DNA of 64,000 nucleotides from a bacterium (GCA_965205865.1 CBDBHR010000003.1:1-64000), one strand, 5' to 3'; shown: positions 9,535 through 20,166, numbered from the stretch's first letter. Notes: generated by a model from the sequence alone, not told the origin. Made by a program: numbers and translations.

Positions 9535-11070
9535 TCACTCGACGCGGCCCTGGGAGTACCAACACCTTCTTTGTTCGTCATAAAAGATCCAGAGAGTCTC
9601 CCCCCGTTCAGTATTGACGAAACGATAGTTTCTCCGTACTTCTCGATTCCACCATCCTCCATTTATCCGGTACCCCCTCCCCCCTCCCCTGACCCCTCCC
9701 TCGAGGGGAGGGGGATTCCTTAACAGACCTCCCAAACCCGATGATTGTTTGAAGTTCTCCGGAGACTTTCCCATCAGTTCGGGTTGAACCTGGACACGCC
9801 GTATCAAGGAGCGTATGGCAACTGAGCGGGGATTGGCTTCGCAGAAACTCTTGAAAGGCTGCCATTCGAAACAAGCTTCCGGCAGATGCCCCGACTCGAG
9901 ACGGACTGAGAACACCGAATCGGGACCGAACTCAGCCCGAATCCGAGCCAGGGCATGCATAGCCGCCTCACGATTACGGCGAGGATTTCTCTGCAGCAGG
10001 TTCAATTCCTCGGCTGAAACGCGCGCGCCTTCCAGCTCGAGGAACAATTCCACCGGAGGAACGTGGAAGGAAACTGTCTCCAGGCGTAAACGGACCAAAT
10101 CCAGCAAGATTGATCCCTCCAAGGTCGCTCTCGTTGCTTGGATGCGCTGACGATGACGAACTCCGTCTTGCAGTAGAATTTGCAAGTGGAGGGCTCCCAC
10201 TGCCTGGCATCTTTCCGCTATCGCCTTCAACATGGGATCCAGCAACTGCTTGATCCAAAAAAGCAGTCTCATGGTATTGCAATCGCTCTCATTCAAGTCC
10301 ATCCAGGCAGATAGGGGCTCTTGGATTCTTCGGGATTGGATTGGCAATGAAAACGCTTCCGAAGCAAATTGGTAAAAACTCCAAGCATGCTCGCCAAGGT
10401 GATGTGCGATGCTGTTTTTTGGAAGATCGAGGAAGTCACCCACGCTAAAAACAGCTAATTTCTCCAGCCGATCTCGCAGCGCCGGCTCAAGATGCAGATG
10501 CAACAGCCACACCTTGCGGCATTCAGTCTTTTCGACCTCGCGGGAAGGGATGACGGTCACCTGATTCTTTCCCTTGGCAAGGGCGTAACTGCCAAAACGG
10601 GTAAAGCCAACTGTGATATTTGCCTGGAACTGCAAACGCGTGAGGTGGGAGTCAATCTGCCTGGCCCATTCCTCCGGAGATTCATAGAGTTTGTCGAGTC
10701 CGCTGGCGTCCATCCAGAAAATCCCCGGCTCCTGCTCACAAGGTTCAACCTGGGGACTGAATCGATCCAGCAGCTTGAGGATCTGCCGGAGCACGGCCTG
10801 GATTTCTCCCTCTGAAACCGTCCCCGCGCATAGGTTTTGATCCAGAGAGAGGGCGGAGGAATAGCGCATTCCCGACTGTATGCCGGACTGACTGGCTGCC
10901 GAATTTATCCATAGAATGGGGCTTTGAGTCTTCTCTTTCTTTAACACTGCAACCGGCCTCTCTCTCCACTCAGGATGTTTCCTCAGCAGGAGCTGCAGTG
11001 GCAACTCCCGGATGTTAATGCAAGCCGTTCGGTCCCCGGCAATTCTCGATGTGTCGCCAACCTGGTCCAT
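9535..11070 (-). CDS. imuB: ImuB, Y-family polymerase-like
   Basis: FSPQVE..G.FWMDASGL, C-terminal GGWW...R.Y....G..LWIF; between imuA and dnaE2. Confidence 0.9.
   Translation of the reverse strand: MDQVGDTSRIAGDRTACINIRELPLQLLLRKHPEWRERPVAVLKKEKTQSPILWINSAASQSGIQSGMRYSSALSLDQNLCAGTVSEGEIQAVLRQILKLLDRFSPQVEPCEQEPGIFWMDASGLDKLYESPEEWARQIDSHLTRLQFQANITVGFTRFGSYALAKGKNQVTVIPSREVEKTECRKVWLLHLHLEPALRDRLEKLAVFSVGDFLDLPKNSIAHHLGEHAWSFYQFASEAFSLPIQSRRIQEPLSAWMDLNESDCNTMRLLFWIKQLLDPMLKAIAERCQAVGALHLQILLQDGVRHRQRIQATRATLEGSILLDLVRLRLETVSFHVPPVELFLELEGARVSAEELNLLQRNPRRNREAAMHALARIRAEFGPDSVFSVRLESGHLPEACFEWQPFKSFCEANPRSVAIRSLIRRVQVQPELMGKSPENFKQSSGLGGLLRNPPPLEGGVRGGGRGYRINGGWWNREVRRNYRFVNTERGETLWIFYDEQRRCWYSQGRVE
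9673..9716. repeat. CCCCTCCC...GGGGAGGGG palindromic REP-like element inside imuB
   Basis: CCCCTCCCCTGACCCCTCCCTCGAGGGGAGGGG, translated as PPPLEGGVRGGG. Confidence 0.65.
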
Positions 11071-11650
11071 GAAGTTTGTCCTTCAAAATCTCAATTTCAT
11101 ATTGGAAGTGATCGACCCCCAGATGTCGACAGACGCTTTGCCCTCTCAGAGAGACCATTGGTCCCAGCGAAGGCGCCTCTCGGGCTTTAGAGGTCAGACA
11201 GAGCAGTGCGGTATCGTGGGTCCGCGCCTGTTGGGCCAGACGCGCCTGCAGCGGGATGGGAATGCTGGGATTGGAGTTCAAATCCATCACGATCAAGCCG
11301 AAAGCTCCCGACTGTATGAGGCGGTTCGCCGCACGAACCACAGTTTGAGCACAAGGAACGCGAATTATCACTAAGGCATTCAAATCCACCCCGTTCTTGT
11401 CAACATCAGGAGCAAAGAAAGTTTGCGAAGTCGTCGAAATCCATGCCACCGGCTCCCCTTCGAATTGGGCATCCAGCACCAAACGAAAGGCAGCAGTCAA
11501 AAGAGCGGATCCTGCCATGGAGGAAAGCTCACAAAGTCGCCCGGTCAAGTGCGCACGTGACCAGAGAGGCGTTTTCGCTTGTTCTTCACCCGGTATCCAC
11601 TCGAGGTGGGACTTGAGTTGCCTTAATTCACCGGCCTTTAAGGCTACCAT
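11015..11650 (-). CDS. imuA: ImuA, RecA-like
   Basis: GRLCELS, FFAPD, SGAFGLIVMD; cassette context. Confidence 0.85.
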   Translation of the reverse strand: MVALKAGELRQLKSHLEWIPGEEQAKTPLWSRAHLTGRLCELSSMAGSALLTAAFRLVLDAQFEGEPVAWISTTSQTFFAPDVDKNGVDLNALVIIRVPCAQTVVRAANRLIQSGAFGLIVMDLNSNPSIPIPLQARLAQQARTHDTALLCLTSKAREAPSLGPMVSLRGQSVCRHLGVDHFQYEIEILKDKLHGPGWRHIENCRGPNGLH

Positions 11651-11665
11651 CTCTACTCCTCTTGC

Positions 11666-12280
11666 TTATTCGATACGCCTTCTTACCTCGATGACTTTAC
11701 CCAGCAGTGAAAATGGTTCTCCATCCTCTTGAGGGATAATCGGCTCAAAGGCATCATTCTCAGCATACAATTCGATACGTCCGTCCTTTTCCCGGTATCT
11801 TTTCACGGTCGCCTTCTCACCCACCAGCGCTACCACGATGTCCCCCGAATTAGCAGATGACTGCTTACGGACGATTACGGTGTCCCCTGGTAGGATACTG
11901 GCCCGGAGCATGCTATCCCCCTCAACGGTCAGGGCAAAGAGCTCCCGATTATCGAAGCGAGTCTGAGCAGGGATATATTCGACCGGATCCTGCATGGCCT
12001 CGGTTAATTCTCCTGCCCGGACACGCCCCAGCATGGGGATAAGATGGCAGGAAAGAACCTTTGTCGATTCAGGCAGTTGATGAGCGCGAGCTTTTCCGGG
12101 GTTTTTAATCAACTTTCCCTCGGATACCAGCGCCTCCAAATGCTGGCGAGCCGATTGAACCGCCCGGAACCCAAAAACCTGCTGAACCTCTCGGGTGGTG
12201 GGTGGAGTTCCATTCAGGATCCTTTCCCGAACAAATTCATAGACTTTTTTCCGTGTCTCTCCAGGTTGCGTATAGGCCAT
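11666..12280 (-). CDS. lexA: LexA repressor
   Basis: PPTTRE HTH, AG cleavage site (GRVRAG), GDSM, TVKR. Confidence 0.95.
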   Translation of the reverse strand: MAYTQPGETRKKVYEFVRERILNGTPPTTREVQQVFGFRAVQSARQHLEALVSEGKLIKNPGKARAHQLPESTKVLSCHLIPMLGRVRAGELTEAMQDPVEYIPAQTRFDNRELFALTVEGDSMLRASILPGDTVIVRKQSSANSGDIVVALVGEKATVKRYREKDGRIELYAENDAFEPIIPQEDGEPFSLLGKVIEVRRRIE

Positions 12281-12348
12281 GGTATTTCTCCTTGGATAAC
12301 TAACAAAAAGCCATCAGAGGTCAAAAAAACAATTGATGATTAAATAAC

Positions 12349-12360
12349 AGACATTTGTCT
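12349..12360. promoter_or_regulatory. Candidate LexA operator AGACA-N2-TGTCT
   Basis: Palindrome ~70 bp upstream of lexA. Confidence 0.4.
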
Positions 12361-12510
12361 ATATTACAAGTTATTTTTGCAGGAAATGGGAGAATCACTG
12401 AAGGCGCTTCCACAAGCAGCGAGGGGTCATGTTTCGATTCACCGATGAGGTCGCAATGGGAATACGTATTTAAGAATCGCAAAATTCGTGTTCTTCAAGC
12501 AGCCGAGGGG

Positions 12511-13200
12511 TCATTTGGTAGACAGGTTTCGATTCACCAGACATAGGGTTTTGGGTTGCGATTGTGTGTCTCGATGTAACTATGGCTTCGGTCAACTCGA
12601 GAGAAGGCGCCTCGTCGAATCGCAATGGGAATGAAATGCGGGTGAAATCGCGGGTGTTTTTTTTGAGCCATTCTTTCACCTTAAGATGTTTGTGGGTGGC
12701 GTAATTGTCCAGGATCAAGTGTATTTCAATAAGACGCAGGAAGCGAATCGGTGCAAAATTCGTGTTCCCTGTCTGCGTATTCTAGCTTTGCCATGACGGA
12801 TATAATCATGAGTTCTGGTGCCATTGCGCCCTAGTGGCATCACTCGAAGATTTTATCCGAGAAGGGGGGAGAAGAGCTTCTCACAGAACTGACAGCTTCT
12901 CAGGGGGCCGATGTACAAACCGATGACATCTTTCAGTTGCGCAGTGAAATGCTTATCAAATGTTCCCTCCAATGAGACGATCGCATACTTTACCCGGTTG
13001 TCTTGCCTATGTTTCAGGCTTCTCTTCAATGGTTTTCTTCACAATCTCCTCGATTTTATACGTAGCGAGACCTGTTATTCCTTTTTTCAAGCTTTATCGC
13101 AGACAGGATGATGCGCGCACGACGAGTGTCTCGCATCGCTCCGGTATGACGGCGTGCGGTTTTGCCCAATGTCATTTTCTTCCCGGGTCGTTTTATACTG
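12511..13200 (-). pseudogene. Fragmented IS630 copy interleaved with unrelated sequence
   Basis: Colinear short blocks matching the reverse complement of 24229-25308 (e.g. LDNYATHKHLKVKEWLKK). Confidence 0.85.
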
Positions 13201-13684
13201 GTCCCCATCAGCGACACATCTTAAAAGAGCTCCGCTTCACATCACTAAGTTACTCCACAGGACTGGGGCCGGGAATAGAAAGTAATCCCTCCAATAGACG
13301 TCGCACCAAGCGCTTTTCAAGCTTTATACCAGCGAACGGACACTGTCGTATACGTCGACGTTTTTTTCCGCACCACTTCTTGAAATTCATCAAGTAATTT
13401 CTTTTTTATGGTTGACATGGATTTCTCTGTAATCTATTTTTTGAACAGACATCATCCGGAATAAGCTCAGGGTGTGATTTCGAGCAAAATAGGAAATTTT
13501 AAACGCTGTAAAATCAATGGTTAGGTGGCACGACGTTTTTCACTGATCTAAGGAGTAAATATAATGTTCATTGTCCTACTGGTAATCACTTTTCCGGAAA
13601 TCAATAGCCACGATTCTCAGCCGGATCATAGACGAGAAGATTAGAGGGGCCTGGCAGCGGTATCTGACATTCGCGATCTACGTT

Positions 13685-13927
13685 GTGGGCGTGTCCGGTG
13701 GCGTACGGGTATGGGACCTGGAGAAGTACATCACCCCGAGGCCCGAGGAGGCTGAGGCCATTGTGCTCAACCCCGAGCGCTGGACGTTGGAGGTGTACCG
13801 CACTGTCGTCGGCACCTTGCAAAGCATCGCCTGGATGCTGCTGGTGTTCTTCGTATTCACGCTGATTGCATACGTGATCGTTCGGGGTCTGGAGGCAAGG
13901 AATTCGACGCCGCCCGCAAAGGAGTAA
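13685..13927 (+). pseudogene. C-terminal fragment of a membrane protein
   Basis: Hydrophobic helix WMLLVFFVFTLIAYVIV; no convincing start. Confidence 0.35.
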
Positions 13928-13963
13928 AAGTGCTACAAAATGAGGTAATTGAGCTAAGCCGCT

Positions 13964-14050
13964 GTGCGGCGGCGCATCTTGCGGGGCGCAAGTCCCCGTC
14001 TGGTAAGACCTGGACAGTCACCCGTATGGAGTGTTGCGTGTATAGCGGAG
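13964..14050 (+). ncRNA. Group II intron 5' end (domain I fragment), truncated
   Basis: Starts GTGCG; GGGGCGCAAGTCCCC stem-loop, GGTAAG, CACCCGTA..GAGTGTTGCGTG as in bacterial group II intron 5' ends; no RT ORF. Confidence 0.65.
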
Positions 14051-14301
14051 GCTCTACCGGGAAATCTCGTCCGCGAACCGAGTACAAAACTACGTGAAAA
14101 AGCGTTGGTTGGGTTTGGCGGTGCCGGTCATTTCCGTTGTGTGAACTTCAGTGCGCACCATGTTGCGTCGATCGCGCAGATCTTGAAGTCCACTAAGCCG
14201 ACGGAGAGCCCACTTTTACGCAACGTCCCGGCCCGCGATTTCGCTTCCTCCGCGTTCCAATGGACCATTCGAATTTGCGGCATCAGTTCGATCCGCATTG
14301 T

Positions 14302-14897
14302 TCAACTCAACCTATATTTATCATTGAGGCCCACTCCTTCGACAATCAGGGGGATGATCTTTTCGATTCGCTTCGTCTTGGTTTCTTCCCGTTTGGCGTC
14401 GGAAACATAGTCCGCATACTCGCGTTGTTTGCCCTTGGTAAGTTCCTTGAAACCAGCATGCGCTTTTCGTTTTTTGAGAGTACGTCTTCGAGTTGCGATG
14501 GGAGATTGAGCGGTTTGTTACGCTCCGGCTTGATTTGCAAACCCTTCACCTGCAATTGGATGGCCTCTTCCACATAGGACATTATGAGCGTGGGATTGAT
14601 TTCTTTATTTGATGAAAACCGCCACTGCCGCTGCGCTTTGGTCCGTCCTTGCTGGGCGTTGATCAGCAACTTCTTCTCGTCACTCAAAAGCGTTCCTTGA
14701 AAAAACCAGAGCGCCACGAAGGACTTGAACGCGCCCAGACCGACGACCATTTTCCCCTCCAGCGTGTAACAAGGCATTCCCCATTTCACTGTTTCTTCGA
14801 GTTTACTAGAAAGCAGGACCTTTCGCAATTGAATCAACTCCTCTCTCCAATGGTCGCTGGCTTCGATGTAATCATCCACCCTCTTGTATCGTTTCAT
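14302..14897 (-). pseudogene. YdeI/OmpD-associated (DUF1801) family protein, frameshifted near 14465
   Basis: EETVKWGMPCY, LWFFQG, RQWRF; C-terminus (LTKGKQREY..KREETK..R..GLNDKY) continues in another frame at an A run. Confidence 0.85.
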
Positions 14898-15157
14898 GGG
14901 ATTTCCTTTCACTTACTGTTCACCTGCGCAGTGGCTACTCGTTATGAATGAGACCGTGCTTCAAAAAATGGATTTCAATATCGCTTTGATCGCGCGTTTT
15001 ATCGCCAGCCACTGGACCTAAAAACGCCAAATGTCGATCCGGCTTTGCGAGATCCATTGCTCACCATGAAAAAAAGCTTCATTCGGGGAGATGCCCTCCG
15101 TAAAATTGTGAGAGTCGGATAGTTCGAATCGCATGATAGGGGGGAACGGCAAGTGAG

Positions 15158-15580
15158 TCAATCGGACGATTTCCACGGGTCGTAAGAGCCGATATTCCAG
15201 ACATGACCTTCCGGATCGCGACAAGCAAAAAAAGTACCGCCGTATTCGGGATTTTCAAGTGGGGATACGATCTCGACGCCAGCCTCTACGGCACGATCAT
15301 GCAGGGCTTCCGGGTCGTCCACCACGATATAGACGGATTGGGTATTCGCTCCCTCGGGTCCGGGGATACTCATCAGTTTACCATGAGCGTCATCACGCTC
15401 GCTTCCGAGCATGATCATTCCGTCACCTAGGGTAAGCTGGGCGTGGGCGATAGAGTTGCCCTCTCCTTTCACGACCAAGTGCTTCGAAAAGCCTAGCACG
15501 CGGCATAGCCAGTCGATTGCGGCAGCTGCGTCGCGATAGCGCATCGAAGGAATAACAGGCGATTTACCAAAGATGGGCAT
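15158..15580 (-). CDS. VOC/glyoxalase family protein
   Basis: YRDAAAAIDWL..GF, HAQL, F..RDPEGHVW.IGSYDP. Confidence 0.92.
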   Translation of the reverse strand: MPIFGKSPVIPSMRYRDAAAAIDWLCRVLGFSKHLVVKGEGNSIAHAQLTLGDGMIMLGSERDDAHGKLMSIPGPEGANTQSVYIVVDDPEALHDRAVEAGVEIVSPLENPEYGGTFFACRDPEGHVWNIGSYDPWKSSD

Positions 15581-15818
15581 GGGAATATCTCTTAAAATAG
15601 GAACAAAAAATAGTTATTGATGACAGTAACATCCTGATATCCTGAAGTAAAGTTTTTTTTATTTCTGAGAATTGAGATGGCCGGGTTCAAAGTGCGATGT
15701 TTCTTTACAATTTTTGATTTCATTGTTTGTTAATTGCTTGACAATTATCCAGCGTTGGCTAGTATCATTCTTAATAATTTTCATTTAACAAACTTGACAA
15801 CTACTTGACAATCGTTCA

Positions 15819-16832
15819 ATGGTCACCTCCGAAAATATTTTCGCCTATATCAACCGGCAACAGTCCGTAAGCAGCGCGGAGCTGGCCGCTCACTTCGGCA
15901 TTACCCGTCAGGCGATCAACCTCCACATTCGCCGACTTATCAATTCCGGCCGAATCGAAAAAACCGGTTCTACACGAAGTGCCCGATATTTTTCCGCTAC
16001 CAGAGCACCGGAGCCGGCGATTTTCTCGAGACCCTTCAATCTCCGAGGCTTGGACGAATCAGATGTATACGAGCGGGTTGCAGTTGTGCTGAATCTGAAG
16101 CGAACCTTGAAATCAAATGTGGAAACCGTTATGCATTACGCTTTCACGGAAATGCTCAACAACGCGATCGATCACTCGGACGCCGTGCAATGCCGGGTTA
16201 AGGTGAGAGTTGCTACCGGCACCCTGGGATTTGAGATTAAGGATGGCGGCATTGGTGTCTTTCGGTCCATTGCGGATAAATTCGGACTGCCCGATGAGCA
16301 GGCGGCAATGATCGAACTCCTCAAGGGCAAGACCACCACCATGCCTGAGGCTCACACTGGTGAAGGAATCTTTTTTACTTCCCGTGCCGCTGACCGCATG
16401 GTGCTTCGCTCGCACCGCCTGCAGATTGCATGGGACCGCATGCGTAAAGATGTGTTCGTCTCGACTCCCCGCTTCTCCAAAGGCACAAAGGTAATATTTG
16501 AGATCCGCCGGAACTCCAGGTTGCGATTGGAAGATGTTTTTGCTGAATTCGCTCCGCAATCCTATGACTACCAGTTTGAAAAGACGCGAGTAGCGGTAAA
16601 GCTACTGCAACATGACTACTTGTCACGCTCAGAAGCGAAACGGATACTGTTCAATCTGGACAAATTTTCTGAGGTTGAGCTTGATATGCGCGATGTCGTA
16701 CACCTGGGCCAGGGATTTGCGGATGAAGTCTTTCGAGTTTTCGCGTCACTCCATCCTGACGTCCAAATCCGAACCATCAATGAAAGTGATGCCATTGCCG
16801 CGATGATCCGTCACGTGCAGGGTACGGTGTAA
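15819..16832 (+). CDS. wHTH + HATPase + STAS-like (DUF4325) protein
   Basis: N-terminal HTH; EMLNNAIDHS, D.G.G, GEGIFF; SRSEAK...GQGFADEVFR. Confidence 0.8.
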   Translation: MVTSENIFAYINRQQSVSSAELAAHFGITRQAINLHIRRLINSGRIEKTGSTRSARYFSATRAPEPAIFSRPFNLRGLDESDVYERVAVVLNLKRTLKSNVETVMHYAFTEMLNNAIDHSDAVQCRVKVRVATGTLGFEIKDGGIGVFRSIADKFGLPDEQAAMIELLKGKTTTMPEAHTGEGIFFTSRAADRMVLRSHRLQIAWDRMRKDVFVSTPRFSKGTKVIFEIRRNSRLRLEDVFAEFAPQSYDYQFEKTRVAVKLLQHDYLSRSEAKRILFNLDKFSEVELDMRDVVHLGQGFADEVFRVFASLHPDVQIRTINESDAIAAMIRHVQGTV

Positions 16833-16869
16833 AAAGCTTTACAAATAGGGTCCATTTTATGGTTTATGT

Positions 16870-17030
16870 GGGTTCGGGCTCTTCTACTTCTCACCAAAGG
16901 CAGAGGTCTCCCTGGTTATCTCGCTTAACCTTCCTGATGTTCCGTCCCCAACCACATCATGCGCCTGAACCTCGTTTTATCCACCACCGCAATGGGATCA
17001 GCGAGTTTCAGATTTCACCTGCCACGACTG
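16870..17030 (-). other. Possible group II intron internal remnant
   Basis: TGATGT..ACATCA stem followed by GGAAGGTTAAGCGAGATAACCAGGGAGACCT, resembling intron domain I. Confidence 0.3.
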
Positions 17031-17083
17031 GGGAGTCGACGCCGCAATCAGTGTAGATTGTCGCCACCGTTAAATAAGCAGTC

Positions 17084-18550
17084 TCATGCCGTCATGCTCA
17101 CTTGTTCTTCGCTCAAATCCACAACGGAGATTGAGCCGCCAAATCTTTCCCGTACAATTTCCAAGAGGTGTAGATGGTGAGTGAAGAAGAGTACCTGCGT
17201 CTTCTCAGACAATTTGGACAACACCTCGAAGCCAGCCCCGGCTCTGTCATTATCGAAGTTGATGAACAGATCGTCCGCAACGAACGGCAAAGCGTCTGCC
17301 CGTTCGAGATAATCTTCAATGGAAGCAATACGTAAGGCGAGATAAAGCTGGTCCGCCGTTCCGCTGCTCATACCGGGTACGTCTACAATATTTCCATTTG
17401 GCCTCAATCCGATCAGACGCGCTTGGTCGTTTTCATCGTAGTCAACTCGAAGATCGATGAAAGAATCTGCGGTGACCGTCGCAAAAAGCTCACCAGCGCG
17501 TTTCAGAAGTGGCGCTTGCTTCTCTCGCCGATAGCGATCAATTGCCCATTGCAGCAACATGGCGGAAGTACGCACGCGGACATAGCGCTCCGACACCTCG
17601 CGGATTTCGACCAGAGCTTCCTGACGTGTTGTCTCCGCCCGTGCCGCCGCATCATCGCCGCCTATCGCCTGGAAAGCGTCTCTGGCCTGCGATCTGGTTT
17701 CAGCCACAGCGGTCAACTGATCGCGCAATGTCTTCAACTCGGCGGCGGTGGTTTCTTCTTGGGCGACAATCCGGTCGATATCGACTGCATCGCATTCCGC
17801 CTCCAGTTCGACCACAGACAGACCATCCCCTTCCTGCTCAAGCGTTTGCAAGGTCGTGCGCAAGTGGTTTTGCAAGGCATGGTGAGAATCGGACTTCTCG
17901 ATGGCGTTCCTTAGCTCACCAATCGTGTCAGCGCTGGCCGCGTGCTTGAGGAAGTTGACTGAATCGCATGCTTTTTGGCGCTCTTTTTCCAAGGCGCGTA
18001 CCTTGTTCTCGATTTCTTCTATCTCTTTGTCTTTGTTGACTCGAAGGTTTCGTATGCGCTGAGCTTCGGCCAATCGCTTCTCGATCTCGAGCACGGCGGC
18101 GTCCGCGACGGTCCCTGTGAGATCGTCTGCCAACCCGATCAGCGTCTTCGCGACAACAGACTCGAAATCAGTGACATCCCGATTGATTTTGTCTATGCAC
18201 TGATGGCGTAGCTCGTATATTCGTACGTCCTTTTCTCGCATTTGATCAATGACGTCGATCTGAGCGGAGACTTCATCGGGGTTCGAGTCAATTGCAAGTC
18301 CAAGTTCGGTCAAGGCAGCGGACCACTTTTCCCGCCACTCTGACCAGGCCTGTAACGCGCGAGTGAGTTCGCGGCACCGCCGCTTGATGTTGCTCGCAGC
18401 TTCTTGCAAACCTTTGAGCAAAAGAGTCTTGGTCTCCGCCTCCTGTTCGTATTTGTTCCGCACAGTGTCCGCTCGCTCCAGGATCACGCGCAGGCTGTGG
18501 TTCTCCAATGCGGCGCGCTCGATACCGAGCGATGACAATTCTACTAATAC
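17084..18550 (-). pseudogene. YhaN/AAA_27 SMC-like protein, C-terminal part only
   Basis: Coiled coil, MSSGTADQLYLALR, LPFVADDLFINFD, FFTHH; no Walker A. Confidence 0.85.
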
Positions 18551-18683
18551 ATGACTTTCGGCTAAATAAATATTAGCGAAATTTAAGTGTCATTTTTCTT
18601 AACTTCTCGATATAATCGCCGTATGCCAGGTGAAATAAAACCTTAAGCCCAAGGCGATTTCGTTGAGAACTATCAAAAAAGAA

Positions 18684-19821
18684 CGGAATGATAGACAAAA
18701 AGGCTTGGCATATACTTGGAATCTACTATGATAGATTCAAATGAATTAAACAAGAATCTATCAGAGGAGATTGAAAATGAAAAGCACAAGTCTCATGGAA
18801 ATAATCAATAAATTCCCAACAGAAGAAGAAGCACTGAAGCATCTTGAAAATCTACGATGGAGCGATAAACCAGAGTGTCCCTACTGTCATTCCCAGAAGG
18901 TGTCGAGACACAAAGAAAAGAACCAAAGAAGCCGGCTTCAATGTCAATCCTGCCATCGTTCTTTTTCGGCAACCGTCAATACGATCTTCCATAACAGCAA
19001 ACTTTCCTTGAGAAAATGGTTCCTGGGGATCGTTCTCGTTTTGAATGCCAAGAAATCAATTTCAAACCGTCAACTCGGAAGAGACTTGGATTTGAGTGTC
19101 AAAACTGCCTGGTCATTCGGGAAACGAATCCGGGAAGCCATGGGAAAAGATGGCGAGCAACAACGTCTATTCAAAGGAATCGTCGAGATGGATGAAACCT
19201 ATGTCGGAGGAAAGCCCAGGAAGGAGAACAAGAAGGAAGACAGGGATGATGACAACAAGCGTGGTAGGGGAACAAAAAAGCTTCCTGTTGTAGGTATTGC
19301 GGAGCGTAAGGGGGGAGTTGCGGCAGAGCTCTTTGATGACAAGTCCTTATCGAACAAGAATTTCAAAGAGATGCTGAAGGAGCACGTTGACCTGGCGAAG
19401 GCTGTTTTGATGACGGATCAATATTCAGGGTACCGAGCAATGAAAGATGAAATATTTCATTATTCTGTTGATCATGAAAAGCAATTCGTAGACGGGAATA
19501 TCCACACAAACACGATTGAGAGTTTTTGGAGTCTTTTAAAACGCGCATGGTATGGCCAACATCACTGGTATAGTCGTCGGTATGCGCATCTTTATATCGG
19601 CGAATCATGCTTCAAATACAACCATAGACGCAATGAAAACATGTTCACCGATACCTTGAAACTTTGCCTGGGGGGTTGATATTGACAAAAAATAAACGCC
19701 GTGAGATCGTTAAACCTCACGACGTTACAAATGAGCGGATTGCAGAAAGGAATATGCTATTAGTCAAGGAAAGAGACCTAACTTACCATTAATCGCTTAA
19801 GCCTTAATGTCTATCATTCCG
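18684..19821 (+). mobile_element. IS1595 family element
   Basis: 23-bp TIRs CGGAATGATAGACA(AA/TT)AAGGCTT, 21/23 match; flanks are not duplicated. Confidence 0.9.
18777..19679 (+). CDS. IS1595 transposase
   Basis: CPYC..CQSC zinc ribbon, VEMDETYVGG, LMTD, HTNTIESFWSLLKR. Confidence 0.95.
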   Translation: MKSTSLMEIINKFPTEEEALKHLENLRWSDKPECPYCHSQKVSRHKEKNQRSRLQCQSCHRSFSATVNTIFHNSKLSLRKWFLGIVLVLNAKKSISNRQLGRDLDLSVKTAWSFGKRIREAMGKDGEQQRLFKGIVEMDETYVGGKPRKENKKEDRDDDNKRGRGTKKLPVVGIAERKGGVAAELFDDKSLSNKNFKEMLKEHVDLAKAVLMTDQYSGYRAMKDEIFHYSVDHEKQFVDGNIHTNTIESFWSLLKRAWYGQHHWYSRRYAHLYIGESCFKYNHRRNENMFTDTLKLCLGG

Positions 19822-19927
19822 AAATTAAATACTGATTGATGTTTAAATTTTTCATATTCTATTCTTGTTTTAAATTTAACTGTGTTCGAGACAACGAACT
19901 ATATGATTTGAAGCAGTGTCGCCTCTT

Positions 19928-20011
19928 TCAATGCGAGCCCCTCGGGGGTCGAATCGTAAAGAAACGTTGCATTTGAGACCCTTCCTGATCGTTTAAATCG
20001 CTTGCATACAT
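19928..20011 (-). CDS. Candidate 27-aa small protein
   Basis: AAGGAG RBS; MYASDLNDQEGSQMQRFFTIRPPRGSH; intact in the second copy (23064-23147). Confidence 0.35.
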   Translation of the reverse strand: MYASDLNDQEGSQMQRFFTIRPPRGSH

Positions 20012-20151
20012 GAATCTCCTTTTTAAAAAGTGGAAATCCGGTAGACGAGCAACTTATTCGCCAAACAGATTCTTGACCATTTCTGATTATTTTTATTGAA
20101 TTGCTGTCCGGTTCGAGATGGAATTGTCACGAATTAAATAAACTATATGTC

Positions 20152-20166
20152 TCAAGATGCGTGCCA
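20152..20166 (-). promoter_or_regulatory. Sigma-54 promoter-like site
   Basis: TGGCAC-GCATC-TTGA (consensus ends TTGC); second copy at 23288-23302. Confidence 0.6.

Noticed and set aside
14455-14480. Programmed frameshift in the YdeI-like gene
   Set aside because: One missing A in a short A run; error or mutation is simpler
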